A stretch of 64,000 bases of DNA from an uncultured bacterium (GCA_963822585.1 CAWGIE010000047.1:1-64000); one strand, 5' to 3'; counted from the first letter of the stretch, positions 20,380-30,957 are shown. The notes: generated from the letters alone by a model not told the origin. Program-made: numbers and translations.

Positions 20380-20455
20380 CAAAATATGAGCCAAGAGTAG
20401 ACTTGACCCCTTGTCTTGTTCAAAATATGAGCCAAGAGTAGACTTGACCCCTTGT
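20380..20455 (+). repeat. Exact 35-bp direct repeat, two copies 6 bp apart
   Basis: CAAAATATGAGCCAAGAGTAGACTTGACCCCTTGT at 20380-20414 and 20421-20455. Confidence 0.95.
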
Positions 20456-20463
20456 TCTCAGTG

Positions 20464-21567
20464 ATGAAAACAACAACTGTTTTATTGCTATATCTTACTA
20501 CCTTGGCCCTTTCCAACCCGATGCTTTTATCCGCAGAGGAAAGTGTGCAATCGGATGTCAAACAGATGCAGATGTTTATTAAGCAGAATGATCCTGCTGA
20601 ATTCCTTGAAGCCATAAAAGAAAAGAAATGGGAAGCCCCTCTTATTTTCTCTCAGTGGTACGTTGATAATAAAGCTCCTGAGGCCAAATGGGCAGTAATG
20701 AATGAAGCGAGAGAATTTGGGTGTGTTCTTGTCAAACGTCTTGAAGAATGGGCTCCTATTATGACTTTTGCCGGGAGTTCTGAAGATAACGAGCGGATCA
20801 GCGAGATATTTTTACAGTTAGCTGATTGGTTAGCCGTTTCCAAAGGATATGGCAATCTTTTCCTCGCGGGGAGATGTCAGGATATTGCAGCAGTAGGGAT
20901 TGGGAAATTATTGGTGGATTTAGACTACCCGCTCTCTCGGGCTGAAAAACTCATGAAGAAGTTCGACGTACCATGGTATTCGGCTTCAATGTGTATGGAA
21001 GTCTTGAACCGGGAGGCTGGAGTTGTTCTATTTACGTCGAACTCTAAGAAGGAAGCCGACATTCGAAAAGATATAAAAAGAATATGGGCTACAGGATCAC
21101 TTTTATTAGGAGAACGCAAGGTAGCGACTGGAAGATATTCGAAAAAATATAAGGAGAAAATCAAAGAAAGGGCAAGGAATTATCGGGGAGGTTTATTTGA
21201 ATCGCCCTTAATCCAGAGTAATTTAGATTTTTTTGATGATGATGCTTTTTCGGATTTAACCATCTCTCCCACATCATCGTATATCAATGGAAAGTATCAT
21301 TCAAAATATATAGTAGGATTTCGATCACTTCATATTACTAAGTTGGAAGGTTTATTAATGTATAGGACTAAAGTAGGAGATTTCCCAAAGGATACTTCTA
21401 TGGAAGGTTTTCGGGAATCATGGCTCCCATATCGAACAAACGAAACAGAATATGTATATGTCTATGCATGGGGGGTTTTTGAGAGTATACGACAAGGCAG
21501 GTTTTTAGACCTTGATTCACTCTGGAAGATTAGAAAGGGGATTGATAAAAAAATAGGCACTAATTAA
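20464..21567 (+). CDS. Hypothetical secreted protein, AT-rich (probably acquired)
   Basis: Long ORF in visibly AT-rich DNA with an N-terminal signal-peptide-like stretch. Confidence 0.75.
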   Translation: MKTTTVLLLYLTTLALSNPMLLSAEESVQSDVKQMQMFIKQNDPAEFLEAIKEKKWEAPLIFSQWYVDNKAPEAKWAVMNEAREFGCVLVKRLEEWAPIMTFAGSSEDNERISEIFLQLADWLAVSKGYGNLFLAGRCQDIAAVGIGKLLVDLDYPLSRAEKLMKKFDVPWYSASMCMEVLNREAGVVLFTSNSKKEADIRKDIKRIWATGSLLLGERKVATGRYSKKYKEKIKERARNYRGGLFESPLIQSNLDFFDDDAFSDLTISPTSSYINGKYHSKYIVGFRSLHITKLEGLLMYRTKVGDFPKDTSMEGFRESWLPYRTNETEYVYVYAWGVFESIRQGRFLDLDSLWKIRKGIDKKIGTN

Positions 21568-21626
21568 TATATAAAAATCAGGGTCATACCTCGACGGGCG
21601 GTTATTAAGCAGGAAAAATAAAAAAT

Positions 21627-23342
21627 ATGAAAAAAATCGTCAAGATCCTCGGTATTATCGTTGTCGTTTGTATCATATTGGCGGTCGTTATACGCCTTCT
21701 CCTGCCCCTGGTGGTGGTGAAGATCGCCAACCGGCAGCTTCCCGGCATCCTCCATACCGAGGCCTCGGTCGGCTCAATCAGCCTGGGGCTGCTCCGGGGA
21801 TATGTCTCGATCCGGGATCTCCTGATCTCCCAGCCCGAGGGTTTCGGCGAGGGCAATCTTCTCCTGGTCCCGGAAGCGAGCGTGAAAATAAAGCTCTCCT
21901 CTCTGCTCAATCCGCCCCTGACGGTGGAGGAGGTTGTCCTCATCGACGGGGATGTCAATATTGTCAAGAACAAGAAGGGCGTGATGAACATAGATGTCAT
22001 CCTCCCCCCACCGCCGTCCGGGGAACCGGAGACGGCGGAGAAAGAAAACCCTCCCTCGAAACCGATCCTGATCCGAGCAGTTTCGATTAAAAATCTTTCC
22101 TGCTCCTACACGGATCGCGCGATCGGTAATGAGCGGCCGACGGAGATGGAGACCGGAAAAGGGGAGTTCGCCGCCGCGACCGATCTGCCGGGAGGAGAGA
22201 TGGCCGTCACTCCGCCGCCGGAAGGGCCGGCCGTTGAGATCGCCCCTCAGACCGCCGCCTCGATTATTTCAACCGTTCCCTCCCGGGAAGGGAAACCGTC
22301 CGGCACCGGGACTTCCGAGTTCGGGGAAGACAGCTCCGCTGAGAAGGGGGAGGGATCCGTTCTCCGGATACGGATCTCCTCCTTTGACCTGCTTTTGAAG
22401 GATCTCTTAATCGATCCGGCGGCCGACCCGGCCGCCGTCGAGCCGGCCTCGGCGGTTCTCACAGCCCGGATCGTCCAGGAACCGTTCACCGACGGGCTGC
22501 TCGGTATCGCCGCCCGGATCGGGCCGTTCGGGGCCGGTATCCCGGCGGCCACCGCGGTCCTCCGCCTGGCCGATCTGGAACTGAAACCGATCGCGGTCGT
22601 GGTCCCCACCGGCGCCTCCTCGGTGCTTGGCGGAAGTGCTCTCGACCTGGCGGCCGATGTATCCCTGGCTTCCTACCTTCTTGACTGCGAAATTAACGTC
22701 GATGTGTCGGGCGGCCATCACCTGGCACTTCCCATCGGGGGCACACCCGATAAGCCCAAGATCGACACATCGAGCATTCTCTTCGGCGTCATGCTTCACT
22801 TCGGCGGCGGTCTGGGCAACCTGGCGGGGAACATCGGTGGCGCCGGCTATCAGGTCGGCGCGACGGCGGCGAAGACCACCCTGGCCGTCGGGGGTGGAGC
22901 GGTTAACGTGGTCGGGTCGATCGGCGGCGGGCTCTTCAAGACGGTGGCCGGCGCCGCCACCGGCGATCTGGACAAGGCCGCCGAGGGCCTCTCCGACACC
23001 ACCGTCGGTACCGTCAATACGGCCGGCGAAGCGGCAGCTAATGTGGCGGGAGAAGCCGCCCAGGGAGCGTCCTCCACCGCGGACAGCACCACTGGGGAAG
23101 ATAAGGACCGGGCCTGGCGCGCGGATACCCCCCGCCGCTGGGAAAAATCGTGGAGCGAAGCCCGCGAATCGCTGGCGGCGATGCCGTTCCCGCCGCCGGT
23201 GCCGGAAGCAACGCCGGCGATCCCCGCCGCCGGAGAAAAGGAGGCCGCGGGTGTCTCCACCCCGGCGGATGAAAGTTGCCCGGCAGGGGGAGATCAACTC
23301 TCCGTCCCGGAGAAGCGGGCGGTTTCCTACAGCGGCGGATAA
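21627..23342 (+). CDS. AsmA/DUF748-like envelope protein
   Basis: N-terminal membrane anchor followed by VGSISLGLLRGYVSIRDLLISQPEGF...VEEVVLIDGDVNI, and a Gly/Ala-rich tail. Confidence 0.6.
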   Translation: MKKIVKILGIIVVVCIILAVVIRLLLPLVVVKIANRQLPGILHTEASVGSISLGLLRGYVSIRDLLISQPEGFGEGNLLLVPEASVKIKLSSLLNPPLTVEEVVLIDGDVNIVKNKKGVMNIDVILPPPPSGEPETAEKENPPSKPILIRAVSIKNLSCSYTDRAIGNERPTEMETGKGEFAAATDLPGGEMAVTPPPEGPAVEIAPQTAASIISTVPSREGKPSGTGTSEFGEDSSAEKGEGSVLRIRISSFDLLLKDLLIDPAADPAAVEPASAVLTARIVQEPFTDGLLGIAARIGPFGAGIPAATAVLRLADLELKPIAVVVPTGASSVLGGSALDLAADVSLASYLLDCEINVDVSGGHHLALPIGGTPDKPKIDTSSILFGVMLHFGGGLGNLAGNIGGAGYQVGATAAKTTLAVGGGAVNVVGSIGGGLFKTVAGAATGDLDKAAEGLSDTTVGTVNTAGEAAANVAGEAAQGASSTADSTTGEDKDRAWRADTPRRWEKSWSEARESLAAMPFPPPVPEATPAIPAAGEKEAAGVSTPADESCPAGGDQLSVPEKRAVSYSGG

Positions 23343-23348
23343 CCGGGA

Positions 23349-25388
23349 TTAGACGGGAGCCGTCCCTTTCCCCCCGAAAACCCGCCTGATCTCGATCTCG
23401 ACCTGGGGCAGGGCGAAGGGTTTTTGCAAAAAGGCGATGACGCTTCCCAGAACGCTCTTGGAGAGGCTGTGGGGCGAGTACCCGGAGATGATCAGGAAGC
23501 GGGTCTCGGGGCGCAGTTCCAGAATTTTTTTGATGGTGGTTTCCCCGTCCATGTCGGGCATGGCGATATCCATCAGGATCAGGCCGTAGGCCGTTCCCCG
23601 GACCTTCTCGACCGCTTCGTGCCCGTTGAAGGCGACGTCCGCCTCGAAACCGCGGTTGCAGAGAAAGCGCTGGAGGTTCTCGGCGATGAACTCCTCATCA
23701 TCGACGCAGAGAATTTTTTTCACCCGCGGAGGATCCTCCGGGAGCCGTCCGGCTTCGGGGGCCGACACCTCCGGGGCGGCCTCGGGGCAGGGAATGAGCA
23801 CCGTGAAGGCGGCGCCCGCTCCGGGATCGCTCTCGATCTGTATCTCCCCCCCGAGGTTGCGGATGATGCCGGAGGCGATGAAGAGGCCCAGCCCGGCATA
23901 GCCTTTCTTCCCCTTCGCCAGCAAGCCCTTGTCGCCGTGGAAGGGCTCAAAGATAACGTCCCTGTTCGCGGGATCGATGCCGGGGCCGGTGTCGCTGATC
24001 CGGGCGAAGACGGAGCCGTTCCTGACCCCGGTGCTGACGGTCAGGATACCCCCCGTTCCCGTCATGGCATCCCGGGCATTGGCCAGGATGTTCCCCAGCG
24101 CGTGCTGCAGCTGCTCCCGGTCCCCCCAGATCTCCGGAAGGGGGCTGAAATCCTTGACGACCGTGATGTTGAGTCTGGTCAGGTTGCTCTTGAAGAGGCT
24201 CAGAGAAAGTTCCAAAACGTCGTTCAGGGAGACCTTTTCTTTCTTCAGCGTCTCCTCTTGCGGAGAATAGGCCTGGAGGGCGGTCGTGATCACCCGGGCC
24301 CGGTCGGACATCTTGAGGGCCAGTTTCAGTGCCTCTTTCCTTGCCGGGGGATCATCGTTTTCCAGGGCGAGCTCGGCGGAACCGCGGATACAGGCGAATA
24401 TGTTATTGAATTCATGAGCCACCCCGGCGGCGAGGGTTCCCACCGCCGCCATTTTCTTTGTCTGGAGGATGGCATCCTGCGCCTCTTTCAGCTCCCGGGT
24501 TCTCTCGCTCACCTTAACCTCCAGGAGCCGGTTGTATTCATCCAGCTCCCGGCGGGAGATCCCCAGGCTCTCGGCCATCTTATTGAAGGCTCTTCCCAGC
24601 TCGCCGATCTCGTCCCGACGCTGGATCTCGAGCCGGGTTTTTAAATCCCCCCGGGTTACCTTATGGATACCCTCCAGGAGTTCTTTGATGGGCTTGGTGA
24701 AGTGCCGGGCCAGGAGGGATCCGGCCACGATCGATCCGGCCGCGGCCAGGAGGAAAAGGATGATCGCGGTGTAGGTGAGGATGCCCTCTTCGGCTTTGAC
24801 GTGTTGAGCGGACATGTCGATGCCGATGATGCCGACCGGTTCCATCTTGCTGTTGAAGATCGGCGCGTAGCCGGAGAGCCAGGTCCCCCACTGGTCGGAC
24901 TGCAGGACCCGGTCCGCCCGGGGTCCTCCGTAGGCCGCCCGCAGCTCGGGATAGGTACTGACGTCATAGGGGTCGCCGATGGCGGCGGTCTCCTCATCCT
25001 CGTCGATGACGCCGTTCCCGTTGGTGTCGAGTTCCTCGGCCTCGTCGATCACGAACTGGAAAGTATTCGGATCATCGGTCCGGCGCATGGTGTAGATGTA
25101 AGTGATCCCGGGGTTGGCCTCCTTGATCCGGGTGAGGGTATGCTTCAGTTCGCCGAAGACGGCGCTGTTGGCGTCCGCGGGCCGGCGGAGGAGATCGTGC
25201 TTGTCCCCGTCGATCATCAGGGCGGCGGTGGAAGCGATCCCGATCAGGCGGCTGCGCAGGTTGTCCCGCTGAACGTAATGGGCCTTGGAATAAAAAAAGT
25301 TGATGATCAGGGTCGAGATCAGGATCAGGATGAGGTCGAAACCGATAGTGAGTTTTGTTCCGAAATTAATTTTCATGTTAATGAACAC
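23349..25388 (-). CDS. Hybrid sensor histidine kinase (extracytoplasmic sensor, HAMP, HisKA, HATPase, receiver)
   Basis: RRDEIGELGRAFNKM, AGVAHEFNN, NARDAM, SDTGPGI, GLGL and the receiver motifs CVDDE...MDIAMPDMDG. Confidence 0.93.
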   Translation of the reverse strand: MFINMKINFGTKLTIGFDLILILISTLIINFFYSKAHYVQRDNLRSRLIGIASTAALMIDGDKHDLLRRPADANSAVFGELKHTLTRIKEANPGITYIYTMRRTDDPNTFQFVIDEAEELDTNGNGVIDEDEETAAIGDPYDVSTYPELRAAYGGPRADRVLQSDQWGTWLSGYAPIFNSKMEPVGIIGIDMSAQHVKAEEGILTYTAIILFLLAAAGSIVAGSLLARHFTKPIKELLEGIHKVTRGDLKTRLEIQRRDEIGELGRAFNKMAESLGISRRELDEYNRLLEVKVSERTRELKEAQDAILQTKKMAAVGTLAAGVAHEFNNIFACIRGSAELALENDDPPARKEALKLALKMSDRARVITTALQAYSPQEETLKKEKVSLNDVLELSLSLFKSNLTRLNITVVKDFSPLPEIWGDREQLQHALGNILANARDAMTGTGGILTVSTGVRNGSVFARISDTGPGIDPANRDVIFEPFHGDKGLLAKGKKGYAGLGLFIASGIIRNLGGEIQIESDPGAGAAFTVLIPCPEAAPEVSAPEAGRLPEDPPRVKKILCVDDEEFIAENLQRFLCNRGFEADVAFNGHEAVEKVRGTAYGLILMDIAMPDMDGETTIKKILELRPETRFLIISGYSPHSLSKSVLGSVIAFLQKPFALPQVEIEIRRVFGGKGTAPV

Positions 25389-25531
25389 GGTGTTGGGGAC
25401 ACCGTGTTATTGATGATAATAATACTTCGCCTCAGGGAATACAATGGCGAAATTGTTTCGATCCGGCGAATTGCCCGGGTTTATTTCAGCCTCGGCACCG
25501 ATGTCGCGGCCACGCGGCAGGAGAGGTGAAA

Positions 25532-25692
25532 CTGAACATCGAACGTTCAACGTCGAACATCCAACGTTCAACGTCCCTCACATCCGATCACATGCAATCG
25601 TCTGTTTTTCAGAGGCCGAGGTAGAGGGAAAACAATCAGAGTAATCTGTGTAAACCTTGTGGTGAGCGGAGTCGAATCCATCTGTGGACTGA
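25532..25692. repeat. Composite intergenic repeat: AACGTTC array, conserved CAATCGTCTGTTT motif, and an interrupted nonamer arm
   Basis: Modules are shared with 44806-45020, 50298-50470 and 62000-62405. Confidence 0.75.
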
Positions 25693-25708
25693 AAAGAGGG
25701 AGCCGAGA

Positions 25709-27535
25709 TCAGTCCTCGAAAGCGGCGGCGGCTTCGGCGGGGATATGCCCTGCATCGTCCCAGCCCCTTTTCCGGTAGTAAAGGGAGAGGGCGCGTTCGA
25801 ACTCCTCCGGATCGATCACTTTCCCGGCGTTGGGGCCGGTCATGGCCGGCCGGGAATGGACCTTGAAAGGGAGGCTGTCGTCTTTCCGTCCCATCCCGAG
25901 GCGGGTGTTGATGAGACGGGTCAGGTCATAAACCCGGCGGGAGAGTTCCAGCAGTTCCTCCAGGGTAAGGTCGTTGCCGGTGACGTGCCGGTAGAAATTC
26001 TCGTAATGCCGTTCGTTCAGTCCCAGCTCGATCCAGGGCAGCCGGCAGGCGCCGAGCATGTCGAAGAGCGGCCGCAGGGTCTGGTGGTAGATGACGAGGT
26101 CGACCTTCTTCTCCAGGGGCCAGTTTTTCCCTTCCTCCAGTTCCCGGGCGATCGTCCAGGCCCGGGTATGATGGGCGCCGATGTCGCTGGTGGCGTAGGC
26201 GAGGGCCATCGAGAGGGCGGCCCGGCTGTCGTAAGCCGACTGTTCCAGCCCCTTGACCTGGAGGATGACCTGAGCCATCTCCGGCCAGCGATCGATGATC
26301 GCCGGAGACCCCCCGGCCAGCGTGTCCCCGATCCCCTCCCGGTAAGCGATCTTCCGGATCAGTTCCAGGATGGCCTCCTCCTCCCCCCAGGTGATCTCCC
26401 GGTGGTCGAGATCGGAAAGCCGGATGATGCCGTTCTCGTATCCCTCGATCACCGCCCCCACGATGTTCCCGGTGGAGATGGTATCGATCCCCAGTTCGTC
26501 GCAGAGGCTGTTGGCGGAGAGGATGGCGGCATAGTTATCCACCCCCAGATTGGAGCCGAGCATGGCGCAGGACTCGTACTCCGGCCCTTCGGTGACAACT
26601 CCTCCATATCTGCCGTCCTTGACCAGGCAGATGTTGCCGCAGCACATCGGGCAGCCGAAACAGGCGGAATCGCCGATTTTGTAATGGTCGAGCATGACCT
26701 GGCTGTTGATCTGCTGGGAACGGGTGAAGACGCTGTCGCGGAAGTTGCAGGTGGGCAGGATCCCGATGTTGTTGGCGTAATCGACGACCGTCATCAGTCC
26801 TTCCCGCTGCCAGAGTCTGAAGTAGGGATGCCCGCGCAGGTAGGAGACGGCCCGGTCGCTCTCGGCCCGGAGACCCTCCAGGTCATGGACGGGAAGGTCC
26901 TTTTCCCCCCGGACCACGATCGCCTTCAGGTTTTTCGAACCCATGACCGCCCCGATCCCGGTCCGCCCGGCATTTCGGCTCCAGTCGGTGTTGACGCAGG
27001 CAAAGTTGACCAGGTTCTCCCCGGCGACTCCGATGACCGCGATCCTGACGGCGTGGGTGCCGAGGCGGGTCTTGATCAGCCCCTCCGCCTCCAGGCAGCT
27101 CTTTCCCTTCAGCTCGGGGAAGGGGATGACTGAGGTCTCGTCATTGTCGATGAAGAGAATGGAAAGTTCCTCCGCTCGCCCGGTAACCGAAAGCAGGTCG
27201 ATACCGGACTGCCGGAGTTCGACCCCGAACGATCCGCCCATCGAGGAATCTCCATAAAGGCCGGTGGCGGGAGAGATGGTGATGAACGAGTTCTTGCCGG
27301 AGGAGGGGAGATACGCGCCGGTAAAGGGGCCCGGGGCCACTACCAGGAGATTTTCCGGTCCCAAAGGATCGATCCGGAAATTGTGTTTCCGGAGGTTGTC
27401 CCAGACCAGTTTCGCCCCGAACCCGCGGCCCCCGATATACTGTTCCAGGAAGGAGTCGTCCAATTCAACACGCTCCGCCGTCCCGGCGGTGAGGTCAACC
27501 TGAAGGTGCTTTTTAAAATAGCCGCTCTTGATCAT
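25709..27535 (-). CDS. aor: Aldehyde:ferredoxin oxidoreductase-family (tungstopterin) enzyme
   Basis: YIGGRGFG, DSSMGG, AGRTGIGAVMGSKNLKAI, CFGCPMCC, GPEYE, DELGIDTIS and YYRKRGWD. Confidence 0.93.
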   Translation of the reverse strand: MIKSGYFKKHLQVDLTAGTAERVELDDSFLEQYIGGRGFGAKLVWDNLRKHNFRIDPLGPENLLVVAPGPFTGAYLPSSGKNSFITISPATGLYGDSSMGGSFGVELRQSGIDLLSVTGRAEELSILFIDNDETSVIPFPELKGKSCLEAEGLIKTRLGTHAVRIAVIGVAGENLVNFACVNTDWSRNAGRTGIGAVMGSKNLKAIVVRGEKDLPVHDLEGLRAESDRAVSYLRGHPYFRLWQREGLMTVVDYANNIGILPTCNFRDSVFTRSQQINSQVMLDHYKIGDSACFGCPMCCGNICLVKDGRYGGVVTEGPEYESCAMLGSNLGVDNYAAILSANSLCDELGIDTISTGNIVGAVIEGYENGIIRLSDLDHREITWGEEEAILELIRKIAYREGIGDTLAGGSPAIIDRWPEMAQVILQVKGLEQSAYDSRAALSMALAYATSDIGAHHTRAWTIARELEEGKNWPLEKKVDLVIYHQTLRPLFDMLGACRLPWIELGLNERHYENFYRHVTGNDLTLEELLELSRRVYDLTRLINTRLGMGRKDDSLPFKVHSRPAMTGPNAGKVIDPEEFERALSLYYRKRGWDDAGHIPAEAAAAFED

Positions 27536-27539
27536 GTAA

Positions 27540-27808
27540 AAAATCCTAAATCCTAAAATCTCTAAATCCTAAATAAATTCCAAATCACAAATCCCAAATA
27601 ACAAACAAATTCCAATGACCAAAATTCAAAATTACAAACTTGTTGTCCGGCCTTTCTCCCTCTATCCTTATTGCATAGTTGCCATAGAAAGAAATTTGGG
27701 CCTGTAATACCGTAATACCGGCACCTGGCGTTGCCGCTCTTGGTTTTGGTCATTGAATATTGTTATTTGGAATTTGTTTGTTATTTGGTGCTTGTAATTT
27801 GGGATTTG
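27540..27808. repeat. Large AT-rich inverted heptamer cassette inside the ferredoxin-aor operon
   Basis: AAATCCT/AAATCAC/AAATAAC arm and GTTATTT/GGAATTT/GGGATTT arm. Confidence 0.88.
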
Positions 27809-27839
27809 ACAACTTGCGAGCATTTGCGAGTAAGGTGTC

Positions 27840-28376
27840 CTATAATTCTTCCTTCCCCACTTCCGTGTAGTGGATCACCTTCTTCTCCCCCTTCTCGTAG
27901 AACTCGATCTCTTTCATGTGCGTGTAGCTGAGCAGGTTGCCCATCCGCCGGGTCTCTCCCAATGCCTGTTCGGGGATGAGCCGGATGGCCCCCTTCGGGC
28001 AGCTTTTCACGCACTCGGGGTCGCCGCCGCACATATCGCACTTGATCGGCGTCGGGCAGTCCCCGTGGGCGAAGATGGCCCCGAACGGACAGGCTTCCAG
28101 ACATTTGGAGCAGGAGATGCAGAGCTCCCGGTCGAGTTGCACGACCCCGTCGATCCGGCGCAGGGCGTTCACCGGGCAGACATCCGCGCAGGGGGGTTCC
28201 TTGCACTGGCTGCAGATGATCGGCATCCGGATGACCGGGTGGGGGTAGGCGACCAGGACCCGGACCGCCGCCTTCTTCGGATTGTTGACGTTGAAATGGG
28301 CGGCGGCGCAGGCCAGCTCGCAGATCCGGCAGCCGGAACAGAGTTCCGGGATGACTGTCAGTTTTTTGGTCATCAT
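27840..28376 (-). CDS. 4Fe-4S polyferredoxin subunit (AOR partner)
   Basis: CSGCRICELAC, CSQCKEPPCADVCP, CISCSKCLEACP and KCDMCGGDPECVKSCP. Confidence 0.93.
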   Translation of the reverse strand: MMTKKLTVIPELCSGCRICELACAAAHFNVNNPKKAAVRVLVAYPHPVIRMPIICSQCKEPPCADVCPVNALRRIDGVVQLDRELCISCSKCLEACPFGAIFAHGDCPTPIKCDMCGGDPECVKSCPKGAIRLIPEQALGETRRMGNLLSYTHMKEIEFYEKGEKKVIHYTEVGKEEL

Positions 28377-28650
28377 GCGTTATCCCGCATATGTATTACC
28401 ACGAAGGACATCCCGCAAAATGAACTCCGTTCATCGCGGGAGAGGCTCCGAACGATCGTCAGCAATGCGAACGATTGCGACGCTCGCTTTTATATTAATA
28501 ATGATGGGCATTATAGTTGGTCGTCGGATGGAGGGCGAGTAAAAAACAATGCTGATTTGAAATGATTTCCAGTTTGCCGGGATCAATGATATGATTATTT
28601 CCTGCTTTATCCAGATGATCGTATTGCCAACCGGGAGAAAGGAGAAGGCC

Positions 28651-29838
28651 ATGAAGAGATATATGCTGAAGCTAGAGTGGGGTGTATTTCTTTCCGTTCT
28701 TCTGATGTTTCTGGTCCCGGGCTGCGGCGGAGAGTCCGTTTCGCCCGGCGGCGGGACGAAACCGGGCGCCGCCCGGGGAGGAGACTCCCCTCCGGCCGGC
28801 AGCGCGGCCGCGGTGGAACGGTTTAAAAATTTTTCCTACCAGGACCGGGAGGGGATGGGGATCGAGGCGTTCAGCATGCTGATCCCGGCCGACTGGCAGT
28901 TTTCCGGGGGGATCAACTGGCTGCTGGACAATCCGGGGATGCCGGCCACCGCCCGTTTCCGGGTGACGGCTCCGGACGGGAGCGGGGAGTTCGAGGTCTT
29001 CCCCAATCAGCCCTTCTTCTGGAGCAATAACCAGATGCTTCTCTCCACCTTTCCGATCGGTTCCCGCTACTTCGGGAACGAGGTCCATCCCCCGCTCGGC
29101 CCCCTGCCGGCCCTGAAAGAGATCGTTATCCCCCGCTTCCGGGGGAACGTGCGGGATCTCCGGATCGTCTCCGAGGAGAACCTCCCCGACCTGGTCAAGG
29201 AACTGGGAGCCGGAGGATCTCAGGCGGGGGTCTCGACCTCCGCCGCCGGGGCCCGGGTCCGCGTCGAGTACACCCAATCCGGAATGCCGGTGGAGGAGGA
29301 TATCTACGCGGTGGTGGAGTCGGTATCGTTCCCCATCCAGGGCATGTACGGCATCACCACCAACACCAACTGGTATGTGGATTATATCTTCTCCTTCAAG
29401 GCCCCGAAAGGAACGATCGATTCCCGGTCCAAGACCTTCCAGACGATCGCCCGCTCCTTCCGGATCAACCCGCGGTGGTTCAGTAAATATAACCAGCTGG
29501 TCGAGCAGTTGATCCAGGCCCAGATCCGGCAGATCCATAACGTGGGCGAGCTGAGCCGGATCATCGCCCGGACCAGCGACGAGATCAGCGATATGTCGAT
29601 GCAGGCCTACAACCAGCGCCAGGCGGTCAACGACCGGATCGCCGACAACTTCAGCCGCTATGTCCGGGGCGTTGACGCCTATTACGATCCGGTGGCGGAG
29701 AAGCAAGTCGACCTCCCGTCCGGATATGACAACGCCTGGACCAACAGCCTGGGGGAATACATCCTCTCCGAGGACCCGAGCTACAACCCCAACATCGGAT
29801 CGAACCTCAACTGGGAGCCGATCAAGAGGACGGAATAA
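28651..29838 (+). CDS. Hypothetical lipoprotein
   Basis: GGAG RBS, lipobox LVPGC, and a Gln-rich helical C-terminal half. Confidence 0.75.
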   Translation: MKRYMLKLEWGVFLSVLLMFLVPGCGGESVSPGGGTKPGAARGGDSPPAGSAAAVERFKNFSYQDREGMGIEAFSMLIPADWQFSGGINWLLDNPGMPATARFRVTAPDGSGEFEVFPNQPFFWSNNQMLLSTFPIGSRYFGNEVHPPLGPLPALKEIVIPRFRGNVRDLRIVSEENLPDLVKELGAGGSQAGVSTSAAGARVRVEYTQSGMPVEEDIYAVVESVSFPIQGMYGITTNTNWYVDYIFSFKAPKGTIDSRSKTFQTIARSFRINPRWFSKYNQLVEQLIQAQIRQIHNVGELSRIIARTSDEISDMSMQAYNQRQAVNDRIADNFSRYVRGVDAYYDPVAEKQVDLPSGYDNAWTNSLGEYILSEDPSYNPNIGSNLNWEPIKRTE

Positions 29839-30953
29839 ACCTTCGAAAAAGAAAAACTACAATACTGACCAGGCGGATCGACCTCAACCTGGGATACACC
29901 TGTAACCTCAACTGCCGGTTCTGTTATTACCGGGAGAGCCTCTCCTCCTCCGACCGGAAGGCGCGCCGGGACCTGAGCACGGGGGAGGCGAAAAAATGGC
30001 TTCGCTTCTTCCGCCGCCGGGGCCTGGAAGAGATCGACCTGACGGGGGGCGAGCCGACGATCCGGGACGATATTCTCGATCTGGCCGCCTACGCGAAACA
30101 GATCGGCTACCGGACGGTCTGCCTGATCACCAACGGGGTCCGGCTGGCCGACCGGGAATTTTGCCGCCGCCTGGCGGCGAGCGGGGTGAACGACATCCTC
30201 TTCTCCCTCCACGGGCCCGACAGTGATGTTCACGACGGACTGACCGGGGTCCCGGGGAGCTTCGATAAACTTCTGCGGGCGATGGAGAACGCGGCAACCC
30301 TGCCCATCCGCCGGAGGAGCAATACGGTCGTGAACGGGCTCAATTACACCCGCCTGGAAGAAATAGTCGCACTGATGGGCGAACGGAAGATAGAGAGGGC
30401 CAACTTCATTCTCTTCAATCCGGTCGTGGAAGCTCGGGGGGCTGACGCCGAGATCTCTCTGCGCTACCGGGAGGCGGCGCCGTATCTGCGGCGCCTCGTC
30501 CGCGAACATGCCGATGAATTCGACCGGATGACCATCCGCTATTTTCCCGTCTGTCTCCTTCCCGACTGCGCGGCGCGGATCGTCAACTGGCCCCGGGTCC
30601 AGTACGACCCCGACGAGTGGGACTACCTCTGGAGAACGTACTTCTGGAAAGGTTTCGGGCCCTGGCTGGCGGATCTTGCCAGAGGATTTTTCCATCACCC
30701 GGCTCCTGCCCGGCTTTTACGACTGAACTTTCGGGAAGTGCTTCGGGAAGCGGCCGTATGGGGCATCATCACCGAGAACATGAGAAAAGGGTTGAGATGC
30801 CGTTCCTGCCGGTATGACCGGGTCTGCGACGGGTTATGGCGGGACTATGCCGAAAAGTTCGGTTTCAACGAGCTGGAGCCGGTAGCGGGCGCGCCGCCGA
30901 CCGGACCGATCACCGTGTATGGGGGGAGTGCCGCTCGGGAATTTTCAGAATAA
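29835..30953 (+). CDS. Radical SAM protein with a C-terminal Cys cluster and a non-canonical start
   Basis: The in-frame extension upstream of the 30186 ORF encodes LGYTCNLNCRFCYY, DLTGGEPT and LITNG. The C-terminus has CRSCRYDRVCDG. I saw no in-frame ATG/GTG/TTG near the expected start; candidates are ATA 29835 and CTG 29865. Confidence 0.8.
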   Translation: MNLRKRKTTILTRRIDLNLGYTCNLNCRFCYYRESLSSSDRKARRDLSTGEAKKWLRFFRRRGLEEIDLTGGEPTIRDDILDLAAYAKQIGYRTVCLITNGVRLADREFCRRLAASGVNDILFSLHGPDSDVHDGLTGVPGSFDKLLRAMENAATLPIRRRSNTVVNGLNYTRLEEIVALMGERKIERANFILFNPVVEARGADAEISLRYREAAPYLRRLVREHADEFDRMTIRYFPVCLLPDCAARIVNWPRVQYDPDEWDYLWRTYFWKGFGPWLADLARGFFHHPAPARLLRLNFREVLREAAVWGIITENMRKGLRCRSCRYDRVCDGLWRDYAEKFGFNELEPVAGAPPTGPITVYGGSAAREFSE

Positions 30954-30957
30954 ATAA

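Noticed and set aside
20380..20455. 35-bp direct repeat as a CRISPR array
   Set aside because: There are only two copies with a 6-bp gap and no cas genes.
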